Assembly (NCBI GenBank): GCA_964596925.1
Contig: CAZQWQ010000028.1
Span: forward strand, 28,947-92,946
Length of the DNA: 64,000 nt
Direction: 5' to 3'
Source of the DNA: an uncultured Gemmatimonadaceae bacterium
GTDB taxonomy: Bacteria > Gemmatimonadota > Gemmatimonadetes > Gemmatimonadales > GWC2-71-9
The position numbers were made by a program, and so were the translations under genes. Each line of letters starts with the position of its first letter. Within the stretch, counting starts at the first letter, position 1. Below are positions 31,909 to 43,132 of this stretch, piece after piece. The notes beneath the pieces were generated by a model, which was not told the origin of the DNA, searched no databases, and saw nothing but the letters and a program-made list of their open reading frames with translations.

Positions 31909-33313
31909 TTCGGGCCTCGACCGGTGTCGCGCGCTCGGTGTAGTTGTCGAAGCGGGTGAATTCCTTCTTGAAGTAGAGCTTCACCATTCCGGTGGGCCCG
32001 TTGCGCTGCTTTCCGAGGATCAGCTCGGCGAGGCCCTCGATGCTGTTGCCGTCTTTGTCCACCGCCCCGTCGTAGAACTCCTGCCGATAAATGAAGCAAA
32101 CCACGTCGGCATCCTGCTCGATCGCGCCCGACTCGCGCAGATCGGAGAGTTGTGGCCGGCGATGCTCGCCGCCGCGCTGCTCCGGGGCGCGCGACAGCTG
32201 CGACAGCGCCACCACGGGCACGTCGAGCTCCTTGGCGAGCGCCTTGAGGGAGCGGGAGATGTAGGAGATCTCCTGCTGGCGGTTCTCGATGTCGCTGGGC
32301 CCCGTCATCAGCTGCAGGTAGTCCACGACGATCATGCCGATGTCGTGTTCGGCCTTGAGCCGGCGGGCCTTGGAGCGCATTGCCAGCGGCGTGAGCGCCG
32401 CCGAATCGTCGATCCAGATCGGCGCCGTGCCGAGCAGGCCGGCCGCGCGGGCGAGCTTGGGGTAGTCGTCGTCGCGCAGCGCGCCGCGCCGCAGGCGCTG
32501 GGCGTCCACCAGGCCCTCCGAGCACAGCAGGCGCTGCACCAGCGCTTCCTTCGACATCTCGAGTGAGAACACCCCGACCCCAACCTGATGCTCGATCGCC
32601 GCGTGCTGCACGCAGTTTAACACGAACGACGTCTTTCCCATCGAGGGCCGGGCGGCAATGATCACGAGATCGCTACGCTGGAACCCCGCGGTGAGGCGGT
32701 CCAGATCCACGAACCCGCTCGCCACACCGGTCACCACGCCGTGGCTCCCCTGGAGCGACTCGATCCGCTCCATGGTCGGCCAAATCAGCTCCTTCAGCCT
32801 CGAAAAATCCTCCGAGCGGCGGAACTGCGCCACCTGAAAAATCCGGTGCTCGGCGTTGTCGAGCACCTCGGCGGAGTCGTTCTTGCTGTCGTACACATCC
32901 TGGATGATCTCGGTCGCGGCCTCCACCAAGCGTCGCAGCACCGCCTTGTCGCGGACGATCCGGGTGTGGTACTCGACGTTTGCCGCGGTGGGCACCACGT
33001 CGATCAGGGCCGCGAGGTATTCCATCCCGCCGGCGCGATCCAGGTCGCCGCGCTTCGCGAGCTCTTCGCGCAGCGTGACGGGGTCGATCACGTCGTTGCG
33101 TTCGGTGAGGCTCACCATCGCCCGGAACAGGATCCGGTGCGCCTCCTTGTAGAACATCGAGTCGTCCAGCAGCTCCGCCGCTTTGAGCGCGGCGTCCTGG
33201 TCGAGCAGCATGGCGCCGAGCACGGCTTGCTCGGCCTCGTTGCTCCACGGGGCGCGTCGCCCCGCGTATTCGAGATCAGCCGTCGAGGAGACGGTGGGCG
33301 ATGCGGACGTCAT
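31901..33313 (-). CDS. dnaB: Replicative DNA helicase DnaB (470 aa)
   Basis: EAEQAVLGAML, Walker A ARPSMGKTSF, and IVVDYLQLM. ATG 33313 is the only plausible start and overlaps the udg 3' end by 38 nt. Confidence 0.93.
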   Translation of the reverse strand: MTSASPTVSSTADLEYAGRRAPWSNEAEQAVLGAMLLDQDAALKAAELLDDSMFYKEAHRILFRAMVSLTERNDVIDPVTLREELAKRGDLDRAGGMEYLAALIDVVPTAANVEYHTRIVRDKAVLRRLVEAATEIIQDVYDSKNDSAEVLDNAEHRIFQVAQFRRSEDFSRLKELIWPTMERIESLQGSHGVVTGVASGFVDLDRLTAGFQRSDLVIIAARPSMGKTSFVLNCVQHAAIEHQVGVGVFSLEMSKEALVQRLLCSEGLVDAQRLRRGALRDDDYPKLARAAGLLGTAPIWIDDSAALTPLAMRSKARRLKAEHDIGMIVVDYLQLMTGPSDIENRQQEISYISRSLKALAKELDVPVVALSQLSRAPEQRGGEHRRPQLSDLRESGAIEQDADVVCFIYRQEFYDGAVDKDGNSIEGLAELILGKQRNGPTGMVKLYFKKEFTRFDNYTERATPVEARNG

Positions 33314-34022
33314 CCCAGGTCGGTTTCTTCCAGTTGGGGTTACGCAGGAGGGCGGCCGGGTGGTACGTGACGACCACCGGGATTCCCCGGAACCGGTGCG
33401 TCTTGCCGCGCAACGCACCGAGGGATTGCTTGGTGTTCAGGAGCGTCTGGATCGCCGTGTTCCCCATTGCGAGGATCACCTTCGGCTGCAGAATCTCCAA
33501 CTGCCGGAACAGATACGGAAGGCACGAGGCGATCTCGTCGTACAGTGGAGTCCGGTTCTGCGGCGGGCGGCACTTCACCACGTTGCAGATGAACACCTGC
33601 TCGCGCGCTAATCCAATCGCGGCGAGGATCTTCGTGAGCAGCTCCCCCGCCTGCCCGACGAACGGCCGTCCCGTTTCATCTTCGGTTTTCCCTGGACCTT
33701 CGCCGATCACGACGAGCCGCGCCGCCGCCGCGCCTTCGCCCGGCACCGTGTGGCGACGATCCTCGCACAGCCGGCATTTTGTGCACGCGGCTACCAGCGT
33801 CGCCACGGCGTCGAGCGTCGCCGCCTGCTGCAGCGGATCGGTGCTGAACAGGTCCTGTGCCGGAGGATCGTAGTTCAGGCCTGGCGGCGGCACCACCGCG
33901 GCAGGAACGGCGGCCTTGGCCGGAACGGTCCCCTCGGGCGCCGGCGGCACCACCACCGCGTCCGTTCCCAGGAGTCGTTGCTGTTCCAGATAGGCGCGCG
34001 CTAGTGCCCGCCCGTCACTCAC
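33276..34022 (-). CDS. udg: Uracil-DNA glycosylase, family 4
   Basis: GEGPGKTEDETGRPFVGQAGELL and a Cys cluster (CTKCRLC) typical of family-4 UDG. Confidence 0.85.
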   Translation of the reverse strand: MSDGRALARAYLEQQRLLGTDAVVVPPAPEGTVPAKAAVPAAVVPPPGLNYDPPAQDLFSTDPLQQAATLDAVATLVAACTKCRLCEDRRHTVPGEGAAAARLVVIGEGPGKTEDETGRPFVGQAGELLTKILAAIGLAREQVFICNVVKCRPPQNRTPLYDEIASCLPYLFRQLEILQPKVILAMGNTAIQTLLNTKQSLGALRGKTHRFRGIPVVVTYHPAALLRNPNWKKPTWDDVRIAHRLLDG

Positions 34023-35209
34023 GTCAAATCGTGCTCCACCATGTCGAGGATTCGGCGTGCCACGTCACGCTTGTCCTGCAGCGGCAGCTCGGTCTGCGCT
34101 CCCGACCGCGCGAGCAGCGTGACTTTGTTCGTGGTCACTTCGAACCCCGCACCGGGCTCTAGCGCGTCGTTCAGAACCACGTAATCGAGTCGCTTGTCCT
34201 TCAGCTTCTTCCGCGCGCGCGCGAGACCGTCTCCGGTTTCGAGCGCGAATCCGACGACCACGCACCCGGCGGGTCGCTTGAGAGAACGTAAAATGTCCGG
34301 CGTCGGCTCCAACATTACACTGAAACGCCCGCTCTGGCGAGGACGCTTGCGGCTCGCCTGCTTCACCGCTCGGTAGTCGGCGGGCGCCGCGGCCATGAAC
34401 AACGCCGCCGCGCCTTCGAGCGCCGCTTGGATCGCGCGCTGCATCTCTTCAGTGCTCGCCACGCGCACCAGTCTCACACCGGCCGGCGCCGGCAGTGCCG
34501 TCGGTCCGCTCACGACGACGACGTCCGCTCCCCGATCGCGCGCGGCTTCGGCCAGCGCGTAACCCATCCGCCCGCTCGAGGGATTGGTGAGGACCCGAAC
34601 CGGATCGAGATGCTCGCGGGTGGCGCCCGCACTCACCACCACCTTGCGTCCCTGCCAGCGCGAATCCGCGCCCAGCAGCCGCAGGGCCGCCGCGAAGATC
34701 ACCTCGGGCTCGCTCATCCGACCCGGGCGCTCGCTCGGACCCTCCGCCAGCGCGCCGGTCTCCGGACCGACGAACGTCCAGCCACGGGTGGACAAGACAC
34801 GGAGATTGGCCTGGGTAGCGGGGTTGGCGTACATCGCGTCGTTCATGGCGGGCGCGGCCAGGATCGGTCCCGTGCGCGCCAACAGGATGGCGGTGAGGAG
34901 ATCGTCGGCCATCCCCATGGACGCCCGGGCGAGCAGCTGGGCTGTGGCGGGCGCCACCACCACGAGGTCGGGTGCTTTCGCGAGCCCGATGTGCGCGAGC
35001 GCCCGGCCCGGCTCCCACAGGGAGGTCAGGACCGGGCGCCCGGTGAGCGCTTCGAACGTCAGCGGCCGCACGAACTCGGCCGCGCCCGCGGTCATCACGA
35101 CGTCGACCGTCAACCCGCTTTCAACAAGCCGCCGCGCAAGGGTACAGCTCTTGTAACAGGCGATTCCGCCCGACACGCCAAGGATGACGTGACGGCCGGC
35201 GACCGCCAT
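34019..35209 (-). CDS. coaBC: Bifunctional phosphopantothenoylcysteine decarboxylase / phosphopantothenate-cysteine ligase
   Basis: ILGVSGGIACYK flavoprotein N-domain and VSAGATREHLDPVRVLTNPSSG in the CoaB domain. Confidence 0.92.
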   Translation of the reverse strand: MAVAGRHVILGVSGGIACYKSCTLARRLVESGLTVDVVMTAGAAEFVRPLTFEALTGRPVLTSLWEPGRALAHIGLAKAPDLVVVAPATAQLLARASMGMADDLLTAILLARTGPILAAPAMNDAMYANPATQANLRVLSTRGWTFVGPETGALAEGPSERPGRMSEPEVIFAAALRLLGADSRWQGRKVVVSAGATREHLDPVRVLTNPSSGRMGYALAEAARDRGADVVVVSGPTALPAPAGVRLVRVASTEEMQRAIQAALEGAAALFMAAAPADYRAVKQASRKRPRQSGRFSVMLEPTPDILRSLKRPAGCVVVGFALETGDGLARARKKLKDKRLDYVVLNDALEPGAGFEVTTNKVTLLARSGAQTELPLQDKRDVARRILDMVEHDLT

Positions 35210-35421
35210 CAGACCTCCTGCCGCCGCCGCCGCACCAGCTTGTACTTCAAGTGGCCCTGCACCAGCTCCGCCAGGGCCCGCGTCGTCAGCTTCTGCTCGA
35301 ATTCGACGCTGCGGTCCCGTGGAAACTCGTTGACAAACCGCGCGAATCGCGCGGCCACCAGGACGCCCAGGTACTTGTTCTGGGTCTGGTTTGACACTTC
35401 ATGAGGGGTGACGATCCGCAT
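35209..35421 (-). CDS. rpoZ: DNA-directed RNA polymerase subunit omega
   Basis: 70 aa with NKYLGVLVAARFARFV, the omega-like core. Conserved gmk-rpoZ synteny. Confidence 0.8.
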   Translation of the reverse strand: MRIVTPHEVSNQTQNKYLGVLVAARFARFVNEFPRDRSVEFEQKLTTRALAELVQGHLKYKLVRRRRQEV

Positions 35422-35431
35422 TCATCTTCTC

Positions 35432-36079
35432 CTATGGTTCCTGCCGATGACGATCCGCTTCCACTACCAGTTCGTTCACGAGTGTTTCGAGGCGATCCGC
35501 GGGAGGCCGATGTCGCCCCGCCCCATCCGCATCAATGATCGATCCCACTTCGGTCACCGCGTGCGCCAGCTCGTCGTTGATGACGATGTGCTCCCAGGAC
35601 AGTCCCTGGCGAATCTCCCAAATGGCCCGGTCGGCGCGCCGGGCGAGTGATTCCCTGGATTCCGTCTCGCGCCCCACCAGTCGGCCCATCCACTCCCGGC
35701 CGCTGGGCGGCAGGATGAAGATCCGCATCGATTGCGGTGGTGGGCGGCGCTGCCACACCTGGTCCGCGCCCTGCACTTCGATGTCGAGCAGCACGTGCCG
35801 TCCAGACGCGAGCACGGCGTCCACCTCACCCTTCAGGGTCCCATACAGGTTGCCCGCGTACGTGGCCCACTCCAAAAATTCTTCCGCCGCGATCCGACGC
35901 TCAAATTCGGCGCGGGTCACGAAATGATACGCCCCTCCATCCACTTCCCCGGAGCGCGGCGCCCGGGTCGTGGCCGACACCGAATAGCCCACGTCGGTTC
36001 GCCGCTGCAGCAGCGCCCGCGTAATCGTCGTCTTGCCGCCGCCCGACGGGGCGGACAGGATGACGATCCGCGACGTCAC
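35432..36079 (-). CDS. gmk: Guanylate kinase
   Basis: ILSAPSGGGKTT P-loop, SATTRAPRSGEVDGGAYHF, and EWATYAGNLYGT. Confidence 0.93.
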   Translation of the reverse strand: MTSRIVILSAPSGGGKTTITRALLQRRTDVGYSVSATTRAPRSGEVDGGAYHFVTRAEFERRIAAEEFLEWATYAGNLYGTLKGEVDAVLASGRHVLLDIEVQGADQVWQRRPPPQSMRIFILPPSGREWMGRLVGRETESRESLARRADRAIWEIRQGLSWEHIVINDELAHAVTEVGSIIDADGAGRHRPPADRLETLVNELVVEADRHRQEP

Positions 36080-36948
36080 TCCAGATTCTCCAGCTGCTCC
36101 CGGAACCGCTCCAGCTCGCCTTTCATCGCGATCACCGCCTGGGTGATCGCGGCGTCGTTCGCCTTCGAGCCCATCGTATTCGTCTCGCGCAACAGCTCCT
36201 GCGCGAGGAAGCCGAGCTGCTTGCCGACCGCCGCCTCACCGCCCAGCGCGCCGCGACACGCCGCCACATGAGTCTGAAACCGCACCAGCTCCTCGCTGAT
36301 GTCCACCCGGTCGGCGAGCAAGGCGATTTCCACAGCCAGTCGCTGCTCGTCCACCGCTACCCCGGCCGAGAGCTCGGCGACGTTCTTGCGCAACCGGGCG
36401 AGCTCGGTGGTGAGCCGCTCCGGAGCGCGCGCCGCAATGGTCCGCGCGCCCGCCTCGAGTGCCTCGAGCCGCTCCAGCAGATCGGCGGCGAGCGCCCGAC
36501 CCTCGCGCTCGCGCATCACCAGCACCTCCGCGGCCGCCTGCTCGACGATCGGTTGCAGGTCGCCCCAGGGCACCACCGCCCCGTTGCTCGACACGGTCAG
36601 TACGTCCGGATGCCGCGCCACAAAGCCGAGGTCGGGGTCGCCCTTCAGGCGCAGCGATTTTTTCAGCTCCCGCAGCGCTCGTACGACCTGTTTCGCGCGC
36701 TCGAGATCGAGCGCGACCGCTCCAGCCGTCTGCGGCGGCTCGAGCCACCGTGCGGTGAGCGCCACGTGACCCCGCTCCAGCAACGCCCGCAGCCGCTCGC
36801 GTACCTCACTCTCGAGCCCGGCGAGGTCGTACGGAAGCTTGAGCTGCGGATTGAAATAACGATGGTTGACGGCGCGGATCTCCACCCGCAACCGCCCACC
36901 CGCGACCGACCCTTCAGCGGCGCCGAACCCCGTCATGCTCCGCGGCAC
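36076..36948 (-). CDS. yicC: YicC-family stress-induced protein
   Basis: SMTGFG N-terminus, RAVNHRY, and C-terminal EIDRMKEQ-like ELERFREQLENLE. 290 aa. Confidence 0.88.
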   Translation of the reverse strand: MPRSMTGFGAAEGSVAGGRLRVEIRAVNHRYFNPQLKLPYDLAGLESEVRERLRALLERGHVALTARWLEPPQTAGAVALDLERAKQVVRALRELKKSLRLKGDPDLGFVARHPDVLTVSSNGAVVPWGDLQPIVEQAAAEVLVMREREGRALAADLLERLEALEAGARTIAARAPERLTTELARLRKNVAELSAGVAVDEQRLAVEIALLADRVDISEELVRFQTHVAACRGALGGEAAVGKQLGFLAQELLRETNTMGSKANDAAITQAVIAMKGELERFREQLENLE

Positions 36949-36991
36949 AGACTTTAAGCTTAGTCGCGGAAAGCACTTAGGTCAATCGGCC

Positions 36992-38785
36992 CTAATTGCG
37001 GAAGAACCATTGCACGCCGTAGTACTGTGCGTGCTTCGGGTACCCGAGGCCCGTCACGTAGCTACCACGCATGCCGTTGTAGTTGCGGGTCATCCAGTAG
37101 GCGGTGAACTCGGCGATGCGCATCTCGATGTTGGTCTCGACGAAGGTGGCCGGACGCATGGGAATCTGGGCGCCGGTCGAATCGCGCCCGCCGAGGTTGG
37201 AGCCGCTCCAGGATTCGGCCGCCACCTCGCCGCGGAGCGCGAACACGCCACTCTTGTACACGCGCCAAAATTTCGAATAGAACGCGATCGACACGCGGCC
37301 GTGCGTCGGCGGCTCGAAATCCCCACCGCCCGTGATCGGATCGAAATACCACCCGGAGAGCTGCAGCCCCGGCAGCGGCCGCAGCGCCACGAACGCGGTA
37401 GCGTAGGTGCTGTGCGGCATTGGTCCGAGCGAGGCAACCGGACGGATCCCGGCCGCAAAATCGATCGGCTGGAACGGGTCCCGGCGAATCTCGCCTGCTT
37501 CGAGAGTCACGCGGCCTCTCAGCAGGTCCCAGCGCACGAACGCGGCGAAGTCGGTGGCTCGCTGGAACGTATCGGAGCGCACGACCGGCGCCTGGAAGTC
37601 TTCGAACCAGCTCACCTCGCCGCGCGCCGAAAGGCCGAGCGGCAGCTGCAGTCCGCCCGAGACCTGGGCGCGGTTGCCGTGACCCTTGTCACCGTAATGC
37701 GCGCGGCGAGCATTCGCGGCGATCGACATGAACGGCAACGGCTGCCAGGCGGCCCGCGCCTCGACCTGAAACGGTCGCGCCGCGTCCTGGACCCGAACGG
37801 TGACCCCGGCCGACGCCCGCGAGCGGGTCTCGCTCAGGTCCAGGATCGCCTGGTAGAGTGTCCGGTCTTGCACCAGCGAGTCCTTCGACGCCTGAGAACG
37901 CGCCAGCGTGAGCCCGAGCCGGGGACCGAGTCCGTCGCCACGCAACGCCACGAAGGCCCGCAGGATCCCATCCGAGCGCCGCTGCTTCCAGCCGTCTACA
38001 ATGGATCCCTCCGCGGCGCGACTCCACGCGGAGCTGACGATCTGGTAGGAGATCCCGAAGCGCCCACTGGGCACGTACTCCGCCTTCAGCCAGAGGTCCG
38101 TGCTGTTGAACCCCGTCGTGGAGGTGCCCGTGATTCCGTCGATATTGCGGTAGTCGGCCGAGAGCGACAGCCCGAGTCCGGAGCGCCAGCGTTTGGAGAA
38201 TCCGCCGCGGTACTGGGCGATGGAGTTGCCTCCGGTACTGATGCGCACCTCGGTACGCGGCATCGTCGAGCGCGGGCGCGTGGAGACGAGGTACACTCGC
38301 AACGTGGACGCGCGTACCTCGATGTCGATGCGCTCGAGTGGGGCGATTGGCACGCGCGCCGGGTCGAGCCACACCGAGTCCCGGCCCAAGGGGAGATAGG
38401 GCACGCCGTCCCAGAACAGCTCGAGCCCCAATGGCCCGTGGCCGCCGTACACGGCGATCTCGGCGGCGCCAAACCACCCACCCCGCGCCACGTAGACCCC
38501 CGGAATGTGAGCGAGCAGATCCCCGAGCGTCGTGATGTTCGAGAACACGAGGGAATCGACGTCGTAGCTCGAGCGGAAGCCGCGTGCCAGGGGACCCGGA
38601 GCGATCGCCGCGGCAAACGCCGGGAGATACCGCTCGAGCGTGTCCCGGGCGTTGCTGTCCGGCGCCTGTACCACCGTGGAATCGGCGCCCGACGGGGGAG
38701 GCCGGGGCGGAACCGTGTCCGCCTGCGCCGCTGCCCCACGCCACGCGACCAGGAGAGCCCCCGCCATGAGGAGGCTCCGGCGCAT
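36992..38785 (-). CDS. Outer-membrane beta-barrel protein with a TonB-receptor-like plug region (putative porin-type)
   Basis: Signal peptide and a plug-like segment (LGDLLAHIPGVYVARGG...LFWDGVPY...PLERIDIEV). Alternating beta-strand pattern with C-terminal YGVQWFFRN. The ATG shares 1 nt with the pepA stop. Confidence 0.65.
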   Translation of the reverse strand: MRRSLLMAGALLVAWRGAAAQADTVPPRPPPSGADSTVVQAPDSNARDTLERYLPAFAAAIAPGPLARGFRSSYDVDSLVFSNITTLGDLLAHIPGVYVARGGWFGAAEIAVYGGHGPLGLELFWDGVPYLPLGRDSVWLDPARVPIAPLERIDIEVRASTLRVYLVSTRPRSTMPRTEVRISTGGNSIAQYRGGFSKRWRSGLGLSLSADYRNIDGITGTSTTGFNSTDLWLKAEYVPSGRFGISYQIVSSAWSRAAEGSIVDGWKQRRSDGILRAFVALRGDGLGPRLGLTLARSQASKDSLVQDRTLYQAILDLSETRSRASAGVTVRVQDAARPFQVEARAAWQPLPFMSIAANARRAHYGDKGHGNRAQVSGGLQLPLGLSARGEVSWFEDFQAPVVRSDTFQRATDFAAFVRWDLLRGRVTLEAGEIRRDPFQPIDFAAGIRPVASLGPMPHSTYATAFVALRPLPGLQLSGWYFDPITGGGDFEPPTHGRVSIAFYSKFWRVYKSGVFALRGEVAAESWSGSNLGGRDSTGAQIPMRPATFVETNIEMRIAEFTAYWMTRNYNGMRGSYVTGLGYPKHAQYYGVQWFFRN

Positions 38786-40275
38786 CAGGCCTCGGCGCGA
38801 CGCAACAGGAACTCGGTGAACAGACGCACGCCGAACGCCGTCGGTCCCTTGGATTGGTGCGGCGCTTCGGCGTCGGTGTAGGCCGTGCCGGCAATGTCGA
38901 GATGGACCCAGGGGAACCCTTCGACGAACTCCCGCAGGAACCAGCCACCGGCGATGGGTCCCGCCCCGCGGCCCCCCGAATTTTTCACGTCGGCGATGTC
39001 GGACTTGATGAGGTCACGGTACTCCTCCCACAGCGGCAGCGGCCAGCAGCGCTCCCCCGCCCGCTCGCCGGCTTCGCGTACCTCGGCGATCAGCGCGTCG
39101 TCGGTGCCCATGATGCCGCTCGCCTGCGAGCCCAGCGCGATCACCACCGCGCCGGTGAGCGTCGCGGCGTCGAGCACCGCGGCCGGTTTGTAGCGCCGCG
39201 CGTACGACAAGGCGTCGCACAGGATCAGTCGGCCTTCAGCATCGGTGTTCACGATCTCGATCGTCTTGCCGAGGTGGCTCTTCACGACGTCCCCCGGTTT
39301 CACCGCCGTGCCCGAGGGGAGGTTCTCGGTGGAGGGGATGAGACCCACGACGTTGAGCTTCGGCTTGACCCGTCCCAGGACCTCGAACGTGCCGAGCACG
39401 GCCGCCGCTCCCGACATGTCGTACTTCATTTCCTCCATGTTCGGGGCCGGCTTGATCGAGATCCCACCGGAATCGAACGTGATGCCTTTCCCGATCAGCA
39501 CCACCGGGGCCGCGTCCCCGGCACCGCGGTGTTCGAGCACAATGAATCGCGGTTCTTCCGCGCTCCCCTGCGCGACGGCGAGCAACGCGCCCATCGCTTC
39601 TTTCCGGAGCTCCGCGGGTCCGAGGACCGTAATCGCGAATCCATAGGTTCGAGCCAGTGTCGCGGCCTGCTCGGCAAGGTAGGTCGGGGTACACACATTG
39701 CCCGGCTGCATCTGGAGCTGCCGGGCAAAGAGATGCCCTGCGGCCACCGCGTCGCCCAGCAGTCGCCCCGCCTCGGCCTGTTTCGCGTCGGCGGCGTCCA
39801 CCGCCACATCCACGCCCGTGATCGCCCCGCGTAGCTCGTCGCTCGGACGCTTGAGATCGATAAACGCCCAGCCGCCGTGCGCCGCTCCCTCCACCGCCGC
39901 CTGCACCAGCTCTCGGATCGGCATGCCGTTGCGCCCCTCGACGGTCACGGAGAACGCGAGCCGCCCGGTGCCGAGTGCGCGTGCCCGCTTCGCCGCGACG
40001 GCCGCGGCGCGGCGCACCGCACTACCCCGCACCTCGGCCGCCTTCCCCATGCCGACCAGCAACACGCGCCGAGCCTTGCCCGCTCCGTAGACCAGCAGCG
40101 TTTCATCGCGCTTGCCCTTGAAGTCGCCGCTGGCCAGCGCCCGGCCGATCGCACCGCCGGTGGCCTGGTCGAGTGGGGTGAGGGCCGCCGGGAGCTCCAC
40201 GCCGGCGGTGACCGCCACGGCGAGCAGCGGCGTTTCGATATCCGTCACCGCCTGCGTCGTGATCGTACTGTTCAT
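38785..40275 (-). CDS. pepA: Leucyl aminopeptidase (M17)
   Basis: [14 protein letters not shown] signature and [13 protein letters not shown]. Confidence 0.93.
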   Translation of the reverse strand: MNSTITTQAVTDIETPLLAVAVTAGVELPAALTPLDQATGGAIGRALASGDFKGKRDETLLVYGAGKARRVLLVGMGKAAEVRGSAVRRAAAVAAKRARALGTGRLAFSVTVEGRNGMPIRELVQAAVEGAAHGGWAFIDLKRPSDELRGAITGVDVAVDAADAKQAEAGRLLGDAVAAGHLFARQLQMQPGNVCTPTYLAEQAATLARTYGFAITVLGPAELRKEAMGALLAVAQGSAEEPRFIVLEHRGAGDAAPVVLIGKGITFDSGGISIKPAPNMEEMKYDMSGAAAVLGTFEVLGRVKPKLNVVGLIPSTENLPSGTAVKPGDVVKSHLGKTIEIVNTDAEGRLILCDALSYARRYKPAAVLDAATLTGAVVIALGSQASGIMGTDDALIAEVREAGERAGERCWPLPLWEEYRDLIKSDIADVKNSGGRGAGPIAGGWFLREFVEGFPWVHLDIAGTAYTDAEAPHQSKGPTAFGVRLFTEFLLRRAEA

Positions 40276-41480
40276 GCGAGGTGCTCGATGATCGCGTCCG
40301 CGAACGTGGAGGTGGAAACCTCGGTTGCCCCGGGCATCTGCCGGGCGAGATCGTAGGTGACACGACCGGCGGCGATGGCGCCCTCGAGCCCGCGCTCGAT
40401 GGCCCGCGCCGTTTCGACCCAGCCCAGCTCCTCGAACATCATCACGCCAGACAGGATGACGCTGCCCGGGTTCACCTTGTCCAGCCCGGCGTATTTCGGT
40501 GCGGTGCCGTGGGTCGCCTCGTACACCGCGAAGCCGTCCCCGACGTTTCCGCCGGGGGCGAGGCCCAGCCCGCCCACTTGGGCGGCGCAGGCGTCGGAGA
40601 GGTAGTCGCCGTTCAGGTTCGGTGTCGCGATCACGGAATACTCGTCGGGACGGAGCAGCACCTGCTGGAACATCGCGTCCGCGATGCGGTCCTTGATGAC
40701 GACCTTGCCGTCCGCCTTGCCCCCGCCCTTGCCGAGGTCCGCCTCGGCGATGGTCCGATCGGCGAAGCGCTCCCGCGCGACCTCATAGCCCCAGTCGCGA
40801 AACGCGCCCTCGGTGAACTTCATGATGTTGCCTTTGTGCACCAGCGTGACCGACGGGCGTTCGGCGTCGATCGCGTAGCGAATGGCCTTCGCCACCAGGC
40901 GCTGGGAGCCGAAACGCGACATCGGCTTGATGCCGATCGCGCTGCCGGCCCGGACCTTCTTGCCGAGCCGTGTCTCCAGCACCTCGATCAGCTCGTTCGC
41001 CTCCTTGCTCTCCGCCTGGAACTCAATGCCGGCGTACACGTCCTCGATGTTCTCGCGGAAGATGACGACGTTCAGCTTTCCCGGATCCTTCACCGGCGCC
41101 GGAACGCCTCGGAACCAACGCACCGGGCGGATGCAGGCGTACAGATCGAGCAGCTGGCGCAGCGCGACGTTCAGGGAGCGAATGCCACCGCCGACCGGAG
41201 TCGTGAGCGGACCTTTGATTGCCACGCGATGGGCGCGGATGACATCCAGCGTCGCATCGGGGAGCCAGCTCCCGGTCGCCTTGTGTGCCTTTTCCCCGGC
41301 GAGCACCTCGTGCCAGTCGACCCGGCGCTTGCCTCCGGAGGTGCGCTCCACGGCCGCGTCGAACACGCGGCGCGCCGCGCGCCAGATGTCGGGCCCGGTG
41401 CCGTCTCCTTCGATGAACGGAATGACGGGCGTGTCTGGGACGACCCAGCGCCCATCGCGGAAGTCGATTGGAGTCCCCAT
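40272..41480 (-). CDS. icd: Isocitrate dehydrogenase (NADP-type, homodimeric)
   Basis: [34 protein letters not shown], and [10 protein letters not shown]. Confidence 0.94.
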   Translation of the reverse strand: MGTPIDFRDGRWVVPDTPVIPFIEGDGTGPDIWRAARRVFDAAVERTSGGKRRVDWHEVLAGEKAHKATGSWLPDATLDVIRAHRVAIKGPLTTPVGGGIRSLNVALRQLLDLYACIRPVRWFRGVPAPVKDPGKLNVVIFRENIEDVYAGIEFQAESKEANELIEVLETRLGKKVRAGSAIGIKPMSRFGSQRLVAKAIRYAIDAERPSVTLVHKGNIMKFTEGAFRDWGYEVARERFADRTIAEADLGKGGGKADGKVVIKDRIADAMFQQVLLRPDEYSVIATPNLNGDYLSDACAAQVGGLGLAPGGNVGDGFAVYEATHGTAPKYAGLDKVNPGSVILSGVMMFEELGWVETARAIERGLEGAIAAGRVTYDLARQMPGATEVSTSTFADAIIEHLA

Positions 41481-41484
41481 CGTG

Positions 41485-42621
41485 CTAGCCTCGCTTTCGC
41501 GCGGGGACCCAGCGACGGTCCATGTGCCCCACGTATTCGGCGCGGGGTCGGATGAGCCGGTTGTCGGCGTGTTGCTCGAGCACGTGCGCGCACCAACCGC
41601 TCACCCGGCTCACGGCGAAGATCGGCGTGTAGAGATCGAGCGGAATGCCCATGACGTAGTACATCGACGCCGAATAGAAGTCGACGTTGCAATACAACCC
41701 CTTCTCCCGTTTCATCACGTCCTCGATAATGCGCTGCATCGCGGACCATTGCGGCTGGCCCGCCGTGCGCCCCAGCTCCTCGGCCATGCGCCGGAGGTGC
41801 GCCGCCCGCGGATCCTCGGTGCGGTACACGCGGTGGCCGAAACCCATGATCTTGCGCTTCTGGGCCAGCGCCTCGCGAATCCACGTTTCGGCGCGCTCGG
41901 GAGTCTGAATCTCGAGCAGCATTTTCATCACTTCTGTGTTCGCCCCGCCATGCAGCGGGCCCGCCAGCGCCGCGATCGCCCCGGTGACGGCCCCGTGCAC
42001 GTCCGCCAGTGTCGCCGCGATGACGCGCGCGGCGAACGTCGACGCGTTCAGCTCGTGATCGGCGTGCAGGATGAGCGCGACGTCGAACGCGTGCTCGGCG
42101 TCCTTGTCCGGCACGTCCCCGGACACCATGTAGAGGAAATTGGCCGCGAGCGACAGGCCGCGGCGTGGGGAAAGCGGATTCTGGTCGTTGCGCAGCCGGT
42201 GGAACATGGCCACCATCGTCGGTAGCTGCGCGATGAGCCGCATCGCCTTGCGCGACTCCGCTTCGCGGCTGTTGTTGCCGCGATCTGGATCGACGAACAC
42301 CGACGCGCTGAGAGCCGTGCGCAGCACATCCGTCGGGTTGGCGGTGACCGGCGCGTCGCGAATCACGCGCTGCACGACCCGATCGAGCTTTTGCATCCCC
42401 TTGAGATCCGCCGTGAATCCCTTGAGCTGGTCCCGCGCGGGCAGGTCGCCGTACAGGAGCAGGTAGGCCGTCTCCTCGAACGTCGCATGGTCGGCCAGGT
42501 CGTTGATGTCGTAGCCGCGATAGATCAGCCGTCCTTCCTCGCCGAACACATAGCAAATCGACGACTCGTTGGCGACGACCCCTTCCAACCCGCGGACGGC
42601 TTGATCGGTCACGCTGGACAT
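41485..42621 (-). CDS. gltA: Citrate synthase (378 aa)
   Basis: The true start is ATG 42621 ([17 protein letters not shown]). Contains [20 protein letters not shown] and GFGHRVY catalytic motifs. Confidence 0.93.
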   Translation of the reverse strand: MSSVTDQAVRGLEGVVANESSICYVFGEEGRLIYRGYDINDLADHATFEETAYLLLYGDLPARDQLKGFTADLKGMQKLDRVVQRVIRDAPVTANPTDVLRTALSASVFVDPDRGNNSREAESRKAMRLIAQLPTMVAMFHRLRNDQNPLSPRRGLSLAANFLYMVSGDVPDKDAEHAFDVALILHADHELNASTFAARVIAATLADVHGAVTGAIAALAGPLHGGANTEVMKMLLEIQTPERAETWIREALAQKRKIMGFGHRVYRTEDPRAAHLRRMAEELGRTAGQPQWSAMQRIIEDVMKREKGLYCNVDFYSASMYYVMGIPLDLYTPIFAVSRVSGWCAHVLEQHADNRLIRPRAEYVGHMDRRWVPARKRG

Positions 42622-42728
42622 GGCGGCGGAACACCTGTGACGTTGAGGTAAGCTCCGGAAACGGTGCAGTTTACACAGGCCGCCCCGGGTTGCGCCAGCG
42701 GTCGCCACCGCCTTACACTGTTGGTGCA

Positions 42729-43085
42729 ATGCGATTCGGACTGCGTCCGTTCCGCCGGTTGATCGTCCTCGCGCTTCCTTGCTGGCTCGCGGCGGGCCCG
42801 CTTGCAGTCGTCGTACGCAGCCTCGCCCTCTGCCGCCACGACGAGGCGGTCCATCAACACCAGGGGCATGATGCACAGCACGCCGACGGGCCCTGCTACT
42901 GCGACCAAATGTCGGGCGGCCTGCACACTGCCCTCACGGCCACGGAGGCGACTCCGGCCCCGGCGACGACCGCCGTCCCCGCGCTCGACATTCGCTACAT
43001 CGATGTGCTGGTAGTCCACGCCGCCCTTCCCACCTCCCACACCCGAGCGCCGACTCCGCCCCCTCCGAACGGTCAACTCGCCTAG
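42729..43085 (+). CDS. Small exported Cys/His-rich hypothetical protein
   Basis: High third-position GC. An N-terminal hydrophobic segment (LIVLALPCWLAAGPLAVV) is followed by HQHQGHDAQHADGPCYC and a Pro-rich tail. The start is ambiguous (track 42690 or ATG 42729). Confidence 0.4.
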   Translation: MRFGLRPFRRLIVLALPCWLAAGPLAVVVRSLALCRHDEAVHQHQGHDAQHADGPCYCDQMSGGLHTALTATEATPAPATTAVPALDIRYIDVLVVHAALPTSHTRAPTPPPPNGQLA

Positions 43086-43132
43086 CGCCCGTATGGTTCG
43101 CTCACAATTCGCGCTTTTTCGGAGGAAGCACC

